From the NCBI GenBank assembly GCA_019894975.1, contig JAGXNO010000001.1:32001-96000 (forward strand): a DNA stretch of 64,000 nt, given 5' to 3'. The notes under the pieces were generated by a model that ran no database searches, was not told where the DNA came from, and worked only from the letters and a program-made list of their open reading frames with translations. Source of the DNA: Promethearchaeota archaeon (GTDB taxonomy: Archaea > Asgardarchaeota > Lokiarchaeia > Sigyniarchaeales > SOKP01). Shown one piece after another: positions 1 to 9,770 of the stretch. Every line of letters begins with the position of its first letter. Positions within the stretch are counted from its first letter, which is position 1. Made by a program: the position numbers and the translations under genes.

Positions 1-17
1 AAAATTTTCTGTACTTT

Positions 18-1037
18 TTAACCTTTGGGATTCAAAATATCATCAGGATTGATTATTTCTCCATAAACTTCATGAGCTAATTTTTTAAGTCCATTTAAAC
101 CAAAAGGTTCATTTTCTAGCCTATTTGACTCCCATATCTTTAAATTACTAAATTCGTTTCTTATTTCTTCAATATAATTAAGTTGAATTGATCGAGTATT
201 AGTACAAAATTGACACTTTTTTGACTGAGGTGTTATCATATTAATATGAACTCCTTCAAGTGTAATGTACTTCTTAGTTAAGTCTCGAGCTCTTTTAATT
301 TCTTCAAAACTAGGTTTTTCTGCTATAGTAACAAGTCTTAAAGACCCTATTGTGTGAATTAAGTCAGTAATTCTCTCTCCTCTTCTTTCAAGCTCTTCTA
401 GCATTTGAAAAATCTCCTTTCCTAATTCTTTTCGTTTCTCATAGTCATCAAATGGTCTAATTAATTTCCGAAATAATTTAGAAAATTCTCTTACTGCTTC
501 TTTAATAGAATTATAAAAATTCAAAGAATATTTCAATATAACTTTAACTTGGTCCTCAGGAATTTCAAATAAAGCAATCATATTCCCAGTTGGAGGAAAA
601 TCAGCGATAATAATATCAAATTGTATTGATTGTTTATTTTCAGCATCCAAAATTTCTTGAAAAAACATTGCATTCTTAAGAGCAAGAGGGATTGAATCTG
701 CGGTAAATGTTGTATCCATAAACGTTTCTAATTGTGGGATCAAACCGACAATTGGCATTTCCTTCATTAAGGCTTTCATTTTTGTTATTAGATTATTTGT
801 ATATTTCTTGGCGTTTATATTTGGATCAGGTTCGATGGCCCAAATGTTTTCTGATAAAAGTGTTATTTTATTTCCAATTTCAGTATTAAATAAATCGGTA
901 AGGTTATGTGCCATATCAAACGATATTAGTAAAATTTTTTTATCTGGAAGAAGATCTGCTAACTTCACAGCAGTAGCGGCACTAATAGAGCTTTTACCAA
1001 CACCACCCTTTCCACCCAATACGATAATTTTCTCCAT
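18..1037 (-). CDS. ArsA/Get3(TRC40)-family ATPase, single domain
   Basis: Deviant Walker A GGKGGVGKSS, switch I DMAHNL, switch II DFPPTG, C-terminal CQFC; ATG at 1037 preferred over 1052. Confidence 0.85.
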   Translation of the reverse strand: MEKIIVLGGKGGVGKSSISAATAVKLADLLPDKKILLISFDMAHNLTDLFNTEIGNKITLLSENIWAIEPDPNINAKKYTNNLITKMKALMKEMPIVGLIPQLETFMDTTFTADSIPLALKNAMFFQEILDAENKQSIQFDIIIADFPPTGNMIALFEIPEDQVKVILKYSLNFYNSIKEAVREFSKLFRKLIRPFDDYEKRKELGKEIFQMLEELERRGERITDLIHTIGSLRLVTIAEKPSFEEIKRARDLTKKYITLEGVHINMITPQSKKCQFCTNTRSIQLNYIEEIRNEFSNLKIWESNRLENEPFGLNGLKKLAHEVYGEIINPDDILNPKG

Positions 1038-1299
1038 TTGGAATTTTCTCATTCATTTTTCAAATTATATATCAAAAATAAATATGGCATAAAAAACTAA
1101 TCAATATATCTGAAAATTAGCAAAAAAATAAATTCTTTAATTAATTTAATTAATAATAATCATCACAATAAGATGATTTCAAGTTTAAAATCACAAATAA
1201 AATTAAAGCATAAAAATCAAAATTATTCAAGTTCTTATTTAATTCGTATAACAACAAATAAAATTTGAGTATATATTAAAAATTTAGTTTATTTATAGA

Positions 1300-2527
1300 A
1301 TGGATGTGATAAAGATTACAGATCAGAATGAGTTTACTACAAAATATATTATTGAAGTTAAATTTTCAATTAAAGGAGTTGTTGAAAAAAGCGATATAGT
1401 CGGCGCCATTTTCGGTCAAAGATAAAAGTCAATAGCCATATCGGCAAATCGGCTAAACTGAAGGTCTTCTTTTAGATTTAGATTTAAGAGATCTACAAAA
1501 ATCTGGACGAATTGGACGGATAGAAGTAGATAATATTTCTAAAGAGGGTGTCTCAGAAGGAAATATTAAAATTCCATCCTCATTAACTAGAAAGGAGACC
1601 GCACTCTTGGCGGCGACAGTCGAAACAGTCTCTCGCGTTGGCCCGTGCGAGGCTGAAATTACCCTAATTGAAATTAGAGATGTTCGTGAAACCAAACGTA
1701 AGAAAATTATTGAAAGAGCTGCCCAACTTCTAAAGCAATGGGACCAAAAGTCTTTAGAACAAAGTGAAATTGAAGAGAAGATGGATAAAGATATTAAACT
1801 CGGAGAAATAATATCTTGGGGTCCTGATAAACTCCCTGCAGGTCCAGATGTGGAAAAAAATCCAGATCTCATTATCGTAGAAGGAAGAGCCGACGTTTTA
1901 AATTTATTACGAATAGGTATTAAAAATACAATTGCAGTTCAAGGAACTCAAGTACCTAAATCAGTAATAAGTTTAGGAAAAAAGAAGAAGACAGTAACAT
2001 GTTTTCTTGATGGGGATCGAGGAGGTACTATTATTTTAAATGAATTATTGCAATTGTTAAAAATTGACTTTGTTGCTAGAGCTCCTGACGGGCATGAGGT
2101 TGAAGAGCTAACGAGAAAACAAATGATTAAAGCACTGCAAAACAAAAGATCCGCGAAAGATTTAAGAGATATGACGTCTGGATCTACGGAAGGAAAAAAA
2201 TATAATACTAAGGAAGAAACACTTCAAAAGTACCTCAAGAAAGTAAAAATAAAAGATGAAGCAATAATTGTGGAAGCAATTAATACTATTGAAACAGGGC
2301 ACAGTATTGGGTTTAACAAGAGCCTTAATAAGTTATTTGATTTTCCCGTTGGGGGTATTTTTGAAAAAATTAGAGATTTTAAAGATACTCAATATTTAAT
2401 TATCGATGGAGTTTTAACAAAAAGACTTTTATCACTGTCTATAAACATGAAAATCAAGTTTATTGCATGCAAAAATAAGGAAGATGAATTAACAATTCCA
2501 GAGCATTTAGTTGTCTTTTATTTTTAA
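1300..2527 (+). CDS. dnaG: Archaeal DnaG (TOPRIM, exosome-associated); exons 1300-1419 and 1457-2527, 396 aa when joined
   Basis: Exon 1 MDVIK...[26 protein letters not shown]; exon 2 [24 protein letters not shown]...IIVEGRADV...DGDRGG. The track ORF 1607..2527 is only the distal part of exon 2. Confidence 0.92.
1420..1456 (+). other. 37-nt candidate BHB-type intron in dnaG mRNA
   Basis: Removal restores frame and the motif GAIFGQ-TEGLL; central helix GGUC(1414-17)/GGCU(1451-54) followed on each strand by AA|A; TAA stops in both exon frames inside the insert. Confidence 0.85.
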
Positions 2528-2542
2528 TTAAAATATTAAATC

Positions 2543-2782
2543 TTATACAATTGGTAATGCTACAGAGAAGATTAGTTGTATAACAAATGATAAAGCACCT
2601 AAAACTAAGATACCTATTCCACAAATTTTAAAAACCAAAAAGTAATCTTTTCTATTAGGTTTATTCGCAATTTTTAGAATCCGTTTTGAATTTTGAAAGA
2701 AAAGCGACAGTCTTTCAAACAAACCAGGTTTCTTTTTCTTATCTAGTTTTGAATACTTATCATACTTTGGGTAATTTGACAC
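2543..2782 (-). CDS. secE: Protein translocase SecE/Sec61-gamma
   Basis: RILKIANKPNRKDY motif plus C-terminal TM; next to ftsY. Confidence 0.9.
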   Translation of the reverse strand: MSNYPKYDKYSKLDKKKKPGLFERLSLFFQNSKRILKIANKPNRKDYFLVFKICGIGILVLGALSFVIQLIFSVALPIV

Positions 2783-2838
2783 AATAAAATAAATTAAAAA
2801 AGCTTTTTTAAGTTATCTGGTTAAATCAAATACAAATT

Positions 2839-3738
2839 TTAATCGAGGTCAAGAATACTTGAAATAAAAAGGTCTTTATTAAAAGGTTTTAAATCGTTAT
2901 AACCTTGACCTGTTCCTACAAACAGGATTGGTTTTTTAGTTTCGAATGAAATTGATAAAGCCGCACCACCTTTCGAGTCCGCGTCAAATTTTGTTAAGAT
3001 ATTTGCATCAATTCCTACATGACGATCGAATTCTCTAGCTTGATACAAAATATCGTTACCCGCAAGACTATCCCCTATAAAAACAACCAGATCTGGTTGT
3101 ACCACACGAACCATTTTCTGCATTTCCATCATTAAGTTTCGGTTTGTGGTTTGTCTTCCAGAGGTGTCTATTAAAACTACCTCGATTTTTTTTGCTTTAG
3201 CATGCTCAATTGCATCATAAGCAACTGAAGAAGGATCAGATTTGTACCCATGTTTTATAACAGTGATACCTACATTGTCCATATGTTTAGATAGTTGTTC
3301 AATAGCTCCAGCTCGGAATGTATCTGAAGCAGCTGCAACACAATTTATATTATTTTTTTTTAAGAGATGAGCTACCTTAGCAATTGTAGTAGTTTTTCCC
3401 GTTCCGTTAATTCCAAGAAAAACAAGTATGTAAGGTTGTCCTGAGGAGATTTTTATTTTTATTTCATTCATTAAGTCAATTTCCTTTTCAGGGGTTAAAA
3501 TACTTATAATAATATCTTTTAATGTATCAAATAAGATTTTTTTAGTTGATTTTAAACGAGTAATTTGTTGCCCCTCAAACGACTCAATAAGGTTTTTACA
3601 GATTTCATCTGCAGTGTCTATAGCAACGTCATTACTAATAAGGAGTATTCTTAAATCATTAATAGCATCCTCTATCTTATTTTCTGTTAATGTTTTTTTA
3701 ACAAAAGTAGAAAACACATTTTTTAGTTTCTTCGCCAT
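2839..3738 (-). CDS. ftsY: SRP receptor FtsY
   Basis: GINGTGKTTT, DTFRAGAIEQL, DTSGR, TKFD, GTGQ. Confidence 0.97.
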   Translation of the reverse strand: MAKKLKNVFSTFVKKTLTENKIEDAINDLRILLISNDVAIDTADEICKNLIESFEGQQITRLKSTKKILFDTLKDIIISILTPEKEIDLMNEIKIKISSGQPYILVFLGINGTGKTTTIAKVAHLLKKNNINCVAAASDTFRAGAIEQLSKHMDNVGITVIKHGYKSDPSSVAYDAIEHAKAKKIEVVLIDTSGRQTTNRNLMMEMQKMVRVVQPDLVVFIGDSLAGNDILYQAREFDRHVGIDANILTKFDADSKGGAALSISFETKKPILFVGTGQGYNDLKPFNKDLFISSILDLD

Positions 3739-3792
3739 TTATATCCCCCATGAAAATCAGCATATCCTAAAGGAAATTTACACAATAAAGGG

Positions 3793-4209
3793 TTATTTTG
3801 GAAGGTAAGATCTTTGAATAAGTTGAGATGTTTTCTGCAAATTAAGATCAATGTTTTGCAATTGAGTTGCTATAAATTGGATTTCCTTATCATGTTGTTC
3901 AATTCTTTTATCAAGAATTTCAATTGCACCATCCAAGTCTTTTTCAATTATAACGTCTTGAGTGATTGCAAGTAACACTTTCTCAGGATCATTAATAGAG
4001 GCCTTAATATTTGCCATTCCCCCTATAGGTATTAATATCTCATCGTTTACTTTAACTCCTTCTTTAATATTCTCAATAGTTATTTTTGTATTCACAATAT
4101 TTGATCGAGATACATTTAGAATTTCAAATTGACCTTGGTACATATCCCGTTGTTCCTTCAACATTCTAAAAATTTGTAGTTGTTCTTGATAATCCTGAGA
4201 GGGTTCCAA
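3793..4209 (-). CDS. pfdA: Prefoldin alpha subunit
   Basis: Coiled coils flanking EILIPIGG hairpins; conserved LX-pfdA-ftsY order. Confidence 0.92.
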   Translation of the reverse strand: MEPSQDYQEQLQIFRMLKEQRDMYQGQFEILNVSRSNIVNTKITIENIKEGVKVNDEILIPIGGMANIKASINDPEKVLLAITQDVIIEKDLDGAIEILDKRIEQHDKEIQFIATQLQNIDLNLQKTSQLIQRSYLPK

Positions 4210-4238
4210 ATTTTATCAAATCCGTTTGATTTTTTTAG

Positions 4239-4466
4239 TTATCCCGATAATTCTCTTATTAGGTAATCTTGAGATTCTTCTAAAGCTATTTCTTTTACTT
4301 CTTGAATGTTAATTTGACGCCTAAAAATTCCAATAGAGGTAATTTGGCTTAAAGCTTTTTCAAGAGCATCTTCCTCCTTCAACGCACGGACTTCTTTACG
4401 AAACAAATATTTCTTATGCTTCTTGCTGTAATTGCCAATTATTCTATATATTTTAATCTCTGACAT
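4239..4466 (-). CDS. rpl18a: Ribosomal protein eL20 (LX/L18a)
   Basis: KIYRIIG...FRKEVRALKEEDALEK; synteny with eIF6 and pfdA. Confidence 0.9.
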   Translation of the reverse strand: MSEIKIYRIIGNYSKKHKKYLFRKEVRALKEEDALEKALSQITSIGIFRRQINIQEVKEIALEESQDYLIRELSG

Positions 4467-4558
4467 TGTTATTTAGATCCATTGAATCAAAGCTATTAAG
4501 AAAGGATAATATTTTAGAAAATATTAAATTTTGCTTTTTAGTAATACCTGATATTTCT

Positions 4559-5239
4559 CTACAATTGTAAAATTGATGTGATTCTCATGAGTTCTGGGCC
4601 AGTGCAATCGACTCCAAAAATTCCACTCTTATCATTTACAATTGCACCTGAACCCAAATATGGTACACCACGGTTAACCGTTGAAACATCAACCTCATCA
4701 ACTTTCAAAATTGAAGTAATGAATTCTATCTCATCATCGTTTGAGAGAGGATGTACTAGACAGCCATTATTGTTTGTTAATGAAATTGAACCTGGAAGAT
4801 AGTTATTAGCAAATTCATAAATAACAGTCTCAACGTTTAATGTGGTTTCAATTTCCTTTTTATACTCTTTCAGAAATGAACTGATAATAGCACCCTTATC
4901 ATTACAAAGAATCAAGTTTCCAAATGCATTATCTATAGATTTTAGAATACATATTTGAGGAGAATTATTTTCTTCTTTTAAGTGATCTTTTAGCTCTTCT
5001 AATTCATCGTCCTTAATGATATGAGGAACAATTATGCCATACTTATTAGATGCCGAATAGATACCTAATAAATCAGAATTATTAATTGTTAGGGGATAAA
5101 AAGGTTCCGCAAATGTATTTCTAAACTTCTTAAGTATTGGTTTAATTAATGTTGGGGGATAAAGGACGTAAGAATTATTCGCTGTAAGATATACTCCAAT
5201 TAAACTACGTCCGAAAACTTGAGATCTTAAAATTGTCAT
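4559..5239 (-). CDS. eif6: Translation initiation factor 6
   Basis: GNLILCNDKGA, NNNGCLVHP, STVNRG, TGPEL motifs. Confidence 0.96.
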   Translation of the reverse strand: MTILRSQVFGRSLIGVYLTANNSYVLYPPTLIKPILKKFRNTFAEPFYPLTINNSDLLGIYSASNKYGIIVPHIIKDDELEELKDHLKEENNSPQICILKSIDNAFGNLILCNDKGAIISSFLKEYKKEIETTLNVETVIYEFANNYLPGSISLTNNNGCLVHPLSNDDEIEFITSILKVDEVDVSTVNRGVPYLGSGAIVNDKSGIFGVDCTGPELMRITSILQL

Positions 5240-5321
5240 TCTTAAATTGATAAAATTTTACTTTTTCTATTACTTTTTTATAAAAAAAGAATATGCTTTT
5301 TTGACTCATCCATTAAAGATA

Positions 5322-5774
5322 TTATGCTAGATATACAACGCATAGTCCGTCTATATTTTTTGTGACTCTTACTTTTAATTTCCTTGGAGGTTTTTGAATT
5401 CCACGTGCCCAAATCCTCTCATTTACCTCTTGAGAAATTATCAAAGACTCAGGTTTAAAATGGCGGGTCATAAAATCTCTTAAAAACCGTATTGATTTTT
5501 TAGCCCATTTATTTCTTGGACCTATTCTCGCTTTGGCTAGAGGAACAACATAAATTCTTTCATCAATAATTTCTTCTTCTTTAGGGATTTCTTCTTCCTC
5601 AAATTCCTCTAAAGCCTCCTCTTCAAAAATTTCACTAATTTCTTCTTCTTCTGTAATTTCATCTAGACTGAATTCTTTGATCTCTTCAATTTCATCTTCT
5701 GCAATTTCTTCTTTCGAGTCGATTAACTCATCTTCTAACTCATCTAAACTAATTTCCTTTTCCTTTTTTGCCAT
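5322..5774 (-). CDS. rpl31e: Ribosomal protein eL31 with acidic N-terminal extension
   Basis: ERIYVVPL, VNERIWARGIQKPPRKLKV. Confidence 0.95.
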   Translation of the reverse strand: MAKKEKEISLDELEDELIDSKEEIAEDEIEEIKEFSLDEITEEEEISEIFEEEALEEFEEEEIPKEEEIIDERIYVVPLAKARIGPRNKWAKKSIRFLRDFMTRHFKPESLIISQEVNERIWARGIQKPPRKLKVRVTKNIDGLCVVYLA

Positions 5775-5809
5775 AATTTTTCAGATCAATTATCCATTAA
5801 AATCTATTT

Positions 5810-5971
5810 TTAATCTCTCTTTAGCCTGGTATTTCTCCATGTTCTCCGTGAATAGGGACTACTTCTAACTTTTCCCCCTGTTCTCTGAATTACCCAATTG
5901 GGAACTGAACTATTCTGCTTCAGTTTCTTTGCTCTACGCACTTTCGATGGTAAATCTTTATTACGAGCCAT
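5810..5971 (-). CDS. rpl39e: Ribosomal protein eL39 (53 aa, not in the ORF track)
   Basis: Manual translation MARNKDLPSKVRRAKKLKQNSSVPNWVIQRTGGKVRSSPYSRRTWRNTRLKRD; directly upstream of rpl31e. Confidence 0.95.
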   Translation of the reverse strand: MARNKDLPSKVRRAKKLKQNSSVPNWVIQRTGGKVRSSPYSRRTWRNTRLKRD

Positions 5972-5992
5972 TTTAGATTCCTTATTTTATAA

Positions 5993-6346
5993 TTATTTTT
6001 TAATATTAAACTCTTTCTTTTTGTCAAACGTTGATATCTGCTCTAAGAGCTTTTTAAATGCTTTATCTGGTAGAGGTGTTGCTCCTCTTAACTTGCCACT
6101 TTGAAATAATTGAATTAATTGTAATTCTATTTGTTCCGCAAATTGTGGTTTAACAATTCGGATATTTTCTAATCGTTGTCTTCCTTCAACACTTAAGATC
6201 TTTCTCATTACTATATATTTTTTTTCTTCAAATTCTTGTTGTTGAGCTTGTGCCATTTGTTGGTGTGCTGCTTGTTGTCTTAACTCTTCCAACTTTCTCC
6301 TTCGGATATTTTCCAACTCGTCGTCGTCGCTCAATCTGAACACCAA
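5993..6346 (-). CDS. PDCD5-family DNA-binding protein
   Basis: DDELENIRRRKLEEL, ILSVEGRQRLENIRIVKP. Confidence 0.93.
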   Translation of the reverse strand: MVFRLSDDDELENIRRRKLEELRQQAAHQQMAQAQQQEFEEKKYIVMRKILSVEGRQRLENIRIVKPQFAEQIELQLIQLFQSGKLRGATPLPDKAFKKLLEQISTFDKKKEFNIKK

Positions 6347-6367
6347 AAATTATGATTATTAGTATAT

Positions 6368-6793
6368 TTATTCTTTACTTCTTATAATCCCATATGACGT
6401 TCTTTCCAATAAACTAGTTCCTTCAGATGACAGAACTCTTCCTTTTTTATCTTTTACTTCAATTAATTTTGCATTTTCAAGTTGCTGTAATGCTACTCTT
6501 ATTATTTTTCCACTTCCTCGAGCAGAATGATGCAATCCTTTTCCTTTTCTATTTTTTCCACCATAAAATTTTCGAAGTTTGTTGACACCTATAGGACCAT
6601 ATTTATTCACTTTTCTAAGCAATGAAGCGCTTCTGATATACCAGAAGTTTTCTGAATCGACTGGGGCTAATTCTTTAAAAAATGCAGTTTTCCAAAATTC
6701 TGAACCTTTAGGTGGTGAAATTTCGGGATATTCCTTTAACTTTTCTGCAATGATTTCAATAAGTTTTTCTGGTGAAACAACATATATAGACAT
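6368..6793 (-). CDS. rps19e: Ribosomal protein eS19
   Basis: KELAP, WYIRSASLLRK, GSGKIIRVALQQLE. Confidence 0.97.
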   Translation of the reverse strand: MSIYVVSPEKLIEIIAEKLKEYPEISPPKGSEFWKTAFFKELAPVDSENFWYIRSASLLRKVNKYGPIGVNKLRKFYGGKNRKGKGLHHSARGSGKIIRVALQQLENAKLIEVKDKKGRVLSSEGTSLLERTSYGIIRSKE

Positions 6794-6883
6794 GATCTTT
6801 AATTCAATATTTCTTTATAATATTTAATACGTTTTTAAAGCTAGAATAAATTAAAAATTTTTGTATTCTTGAATTCTAAGACA

Positions 6884-7153
6884 ATGGATTATCAGAAAGA
6901 ATTTAAAAAAACTTTACTATCAAAACCACATTGTACATTGGGCAAGCAGGGAATAACTGAAGAGTTTATCCTGCATGTTATTAAACTACTGAAAAGATAT
7001 AAAATAATTAAGATAAAGGCATTAAAAACAATCGCTTCTAAATCAAATATCGATAGTATTGCAGATGAAATTTCAAAATTAACAAGTTCTTACTTGTTGG
7101 ATGTAAGAGGTAAGATTTTCATTCTTTCATTAAAACCCATTAAGGAAAATTAA
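6884..7153 (+). CDS. YhbY/CRM-domain RNA-binding protein
   Basis: LGKQGIT, IIKIK, DVRGKIFIL; ATG 6884. Confidence 0.85.
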   Translation: MDYQKEFKKTLLSKPHCTLGKQGITEEFILHVIKLLKRYKIIKIKALKTIASKSNIDSIADEISKLTSSYLLDVRGKIFILSLKPIKEN

Positions 7154-7178
7154 TCAAACGACTGCTTAACTAATTTAT

Positions 7179-7517
7179 ATGACTAGGAAAAATAGAAATT
7201 ATAAGCCTATAATAAAAAAAATTGCATATAGTAGGATAAACTATTTGCTTCAAAGAGCTCATGAAATATTTCCTCTTAATAAACCATTAGCAAATAGATA
7301 TACGTATTTAGCTAGCCGTTATTCTCAAAGAGCAAAAATTAAAATTCCTTATACCTGGAAAAAACGTTTATGTAAAAAATGTAAAAGATTTTTATATCCT
7401 GGATTGAATTATAGAGTCAGGTTACATTCTCATAGAGGAAAAGGTTCCCATGTGTCTCTAACATGCTTCGAATGCAATAAAACAACCAGGTATTATATCA
7501 AAACTATAGGTGATTAG
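7179..7517 (+). CDS. rnp4: RNase P protein Rpp21 (component 4)
   Basis: IAYSRINYL, CKKC...L.PG...RVRL...CFEC zinc ribbon. Confidence 0.93.
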   Translation: MTRKNRNYKPIIKKIAYSRINYLLQRAHEIFPLNKPLANRYTYLASRYSQRAKIKIPYTWKKRLCKKCKRFLYPGLNYRVRLHSHRGKGSHVSLTCFECNKTTRYYIKTIGD

Positions 7518-7556
7518 AAAGATCATTGAAAATTAAACTATTAATTTAAATTAACT

Positions 7557-8231
7557 ATGCCTTTAATCATATTTTTAGTGGAATGTGGTATTGAATTAAT
7601 ACCCAAAGAAATTAGAAGCCATTCTGCTGTAAGAAAAAATCTTTCAGCGCAAATATACTCATCACAACTATTAGATAACGCTCTGCACCATAGTGCTATG
7701 GTAAATTTAAAAAATTCTGAAAAGAGAGGACGACCCGACATCGCTCATTTAAGTTTACTAAATGCTTTAGGATCACCTTTGAATAAAAATGGAAATCTCC
7801 GATTATTTTTACATACCATAAAAAACAAAATTTATGAATTCAATCCAGATATAAGAATATCCAGAAATTACAACCGCTTTAAAGGATTAATGGCAAAACT
7901 TTTGATTGATAACGATATCAACGTAAATGGTACAAAGTTGATTTCATTATTCAATGGAACTATTCAAGATCTTCTAAGCACTTTTAAAGATCCTAAAATC
8001 CTTCAATTTTCAAAGAAAGGTAAATTAATACAAAATTATAACGAATTATTTCTTGGAGACATATCTAAAAATAATATAGCAATTATTGGTGGATTTCAGA
8101 AGAGTACCTTCTCAGATGAATTTTTAGATTTATCTAAAAACTTAATTTCTATATCTAATTATTCATTGGACGCTTGGGTGGTCGTAGGTAAGGTTATCAA
8201 TTTTTATGAATTATCTCATAATATAATCTAA
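7557..8231 (+). CDS. nep1: Nep1/Emg1 rRNA pseudouridine methyltransferase
   Basis: LLDNALHH, RGRPDIAH, SPLNK, RNYNRFKGLM, IGGF. Confidence 0.95.
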   Translation: MPLIIFLVECGIELIPKEIRSHSAVRKNLSAQIYSSQLLDNALHHSAMVNLKNSEKRGRPDIAHLSLLNALGSPLNKNGNLRLFLHTIKNKIYEFNPDIRISRNYNRFKGLMAKLLIDNDINVNGTKLISLFNGTIQDLLSTFKDPKILQFSKKGKLIQNYNELFLGDISKNNIAIIGGFQKSTFSDEFLDLSKNLISISNYSLDAWVVVGKVINFYELSHNII

Positions 8232-8305
8232 ATACGCTAAAAAGAGAAAAGTTAAAAGAAATTAACCACTCAATTTAATACTAATTTCATTCAAAAATGT
8301 ATCAA

Positions 8306-8377
8306 GCGCTCGTTGTGTAGCGGTTATCATCCAGGACTTCCAATTCTGGGACCCGGGTTCAATTCCCGGCGAGCGCA
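8306..8377 (+). tRNA. tRNA-Gly(TCC), no intron
   Basis: Acceptor GCGCTCG/CGAGCGC; anticodon arm CAGGA-CTTCCAA-TTCTG; T arm CCGGG-TTCAATT-CCCGG. Confidence 0.96.
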
Positions 8378-8633
8378 CACTTTAAATTTAATATTGTTTT
8401 AGGATTTATAACTTTCTTGGTAATTTTTATTTTTTAAAATCCAAAAAATTATATTTACAAACTTGTATGTTATATATGAAAAAACGTCAGCTAAATTTTT
8501 TTTTTTCATTTCCATATTAGATCACTTTTTTATTTATCTGGCGTTTTTTCCTTTTCTATAGAGGACTATGATGCTTCCAATAATCTTATATTATTAATTT
8601 TATTATGAAAATACAGAACTATTACTCGCAATC

Positions 8634-9770
8634 ATGGTTAATTATAGATATAAAGAATTTAAATCTGTTATAAACAAATTGAAATATCCTGATTCTTGGT
8701 TTTGGTCTCGGTACACTTTAAATTCTTATTCGGGATGTGCTCACGCATGCATTTATTGTGATGCTCGGAGTGATCGATATTATCTAGAAGATTTTGAAAA
8801 TGAAGTTATAATTAAGCAAGATTTTGATAAAAAATTGGACTTAAGACTAAAACGAGCTCGAACACTGTTACCAGATGTCATTGCTGCAGGAGGAATCAAC
8901 GATTCTTATCAACCGGTTGAAAAAGAGGTTGAACAAACAAGAAAAGTGCTACAAGTTATCGCAAAACATAAATTTCCCCTTAACATAGCAACAAAATCAA
9001 AACTCATTACTCGGGATATTGATATTCTCAATAATATTGCTGAAGACTCATGGTGTACAATCGGGTTTTCAATAAGTACAATAAATGAAGAACTTGCGAA
9101 TTTTTTAGAACCTTACTCTTCCCCTCCTTCTGAAAGATTTAACGCTTTAAAAATGATTAAAAAAGGAGCGTCGAATATTCAAGTAGGTACATATTTTATG
9201 CCAATTATCCCGTTTCTAGCTGATGACGATTATAATATGGGAGATGTGATAAAACAATCAAAGAACGCTGGTGCTGATTTTATTTTGTTTTCTCCCGGTT
9301 TAACATTGCGCGATTCTCAAGCTGCATATTTTATAAAAAAGCTAAGAAATAGTAAATATAAACAGACTGTTAAACCTTTACTCGAACTATATAAAGGTCA
9401 AATTTATCCTCCTGGTCATTATGTAAGAAACCTTCATTTAAAATTATTGAAGTTATGTGAAAAGTATAATCTGGCTGTTAGAGTAAAAAGGTGGATTCCT
9501 TCTGATTACCGCAAATGGAATTATAAGATCTCAGAACTTTTGCTAAATAAAGAATACATGAACTCCTTAAGAACAGGTAAATCAAATAAAAAGCTGATGT
9601 GGGCTGGCTTAAATTTAAATAATTTGGAAGAATCAATAGTAGATGTCTATAATAGAGGAGATTTGCATATGGTAAAAAACTTTAATTCCAAAATAATTGA
9701 ATTTATAGCACCTTATTTAGAAAAAAGTAAGGAATTAAAACAAAAACAGGGGTTAGAAAAATTTCTCTGA
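8634..9770 (+). CDS. Radical SAM protein, spore-photoproduct-lyase-like family
   Basis: YSGCAHACIYCDAR, DSYQPVE, TKS motifs. Confidence 0.88.
   Translation: MVNYRYKEFKSVINKLKYPDSWFWSRYTLNSYSGCAHACIYCDARSDRYYLEDFENEVIIKQDFDKKLDLRLKRARTLLPDVIAAGGINDSYQPVEKEVEQTRKVLQVIAKHKFPLNIATKSKLITRDIDILNNIAEDSWCTIGFSISTINEELANFLEPYSSPPSERFNALKMIKKGASNIQVGTYFMPIIPFLADDDYNMGDVIKQSKNAGADFILFSPGLTLRDSQAAYFIKKLRNSKYKQTVKPLLELYKGQIYPPGHYVRNLHLKLLKLCEKYNLAVRVKRWIPSDYRKWNYKISELLLNKEYMNSLRTGKSNKKLMWAGLNLNNLEESIVDVYNRGDLHMVKNFNSKIIEFIAPYLEKSKELKQKQGLEKFL

Noticed and set aside
1420-1456. dnaG break as a programmed frameshift or single-base sequencing error
   Set aside because: 37 extra nt sit between adjacent conserved codons, with stops in both relevant frames
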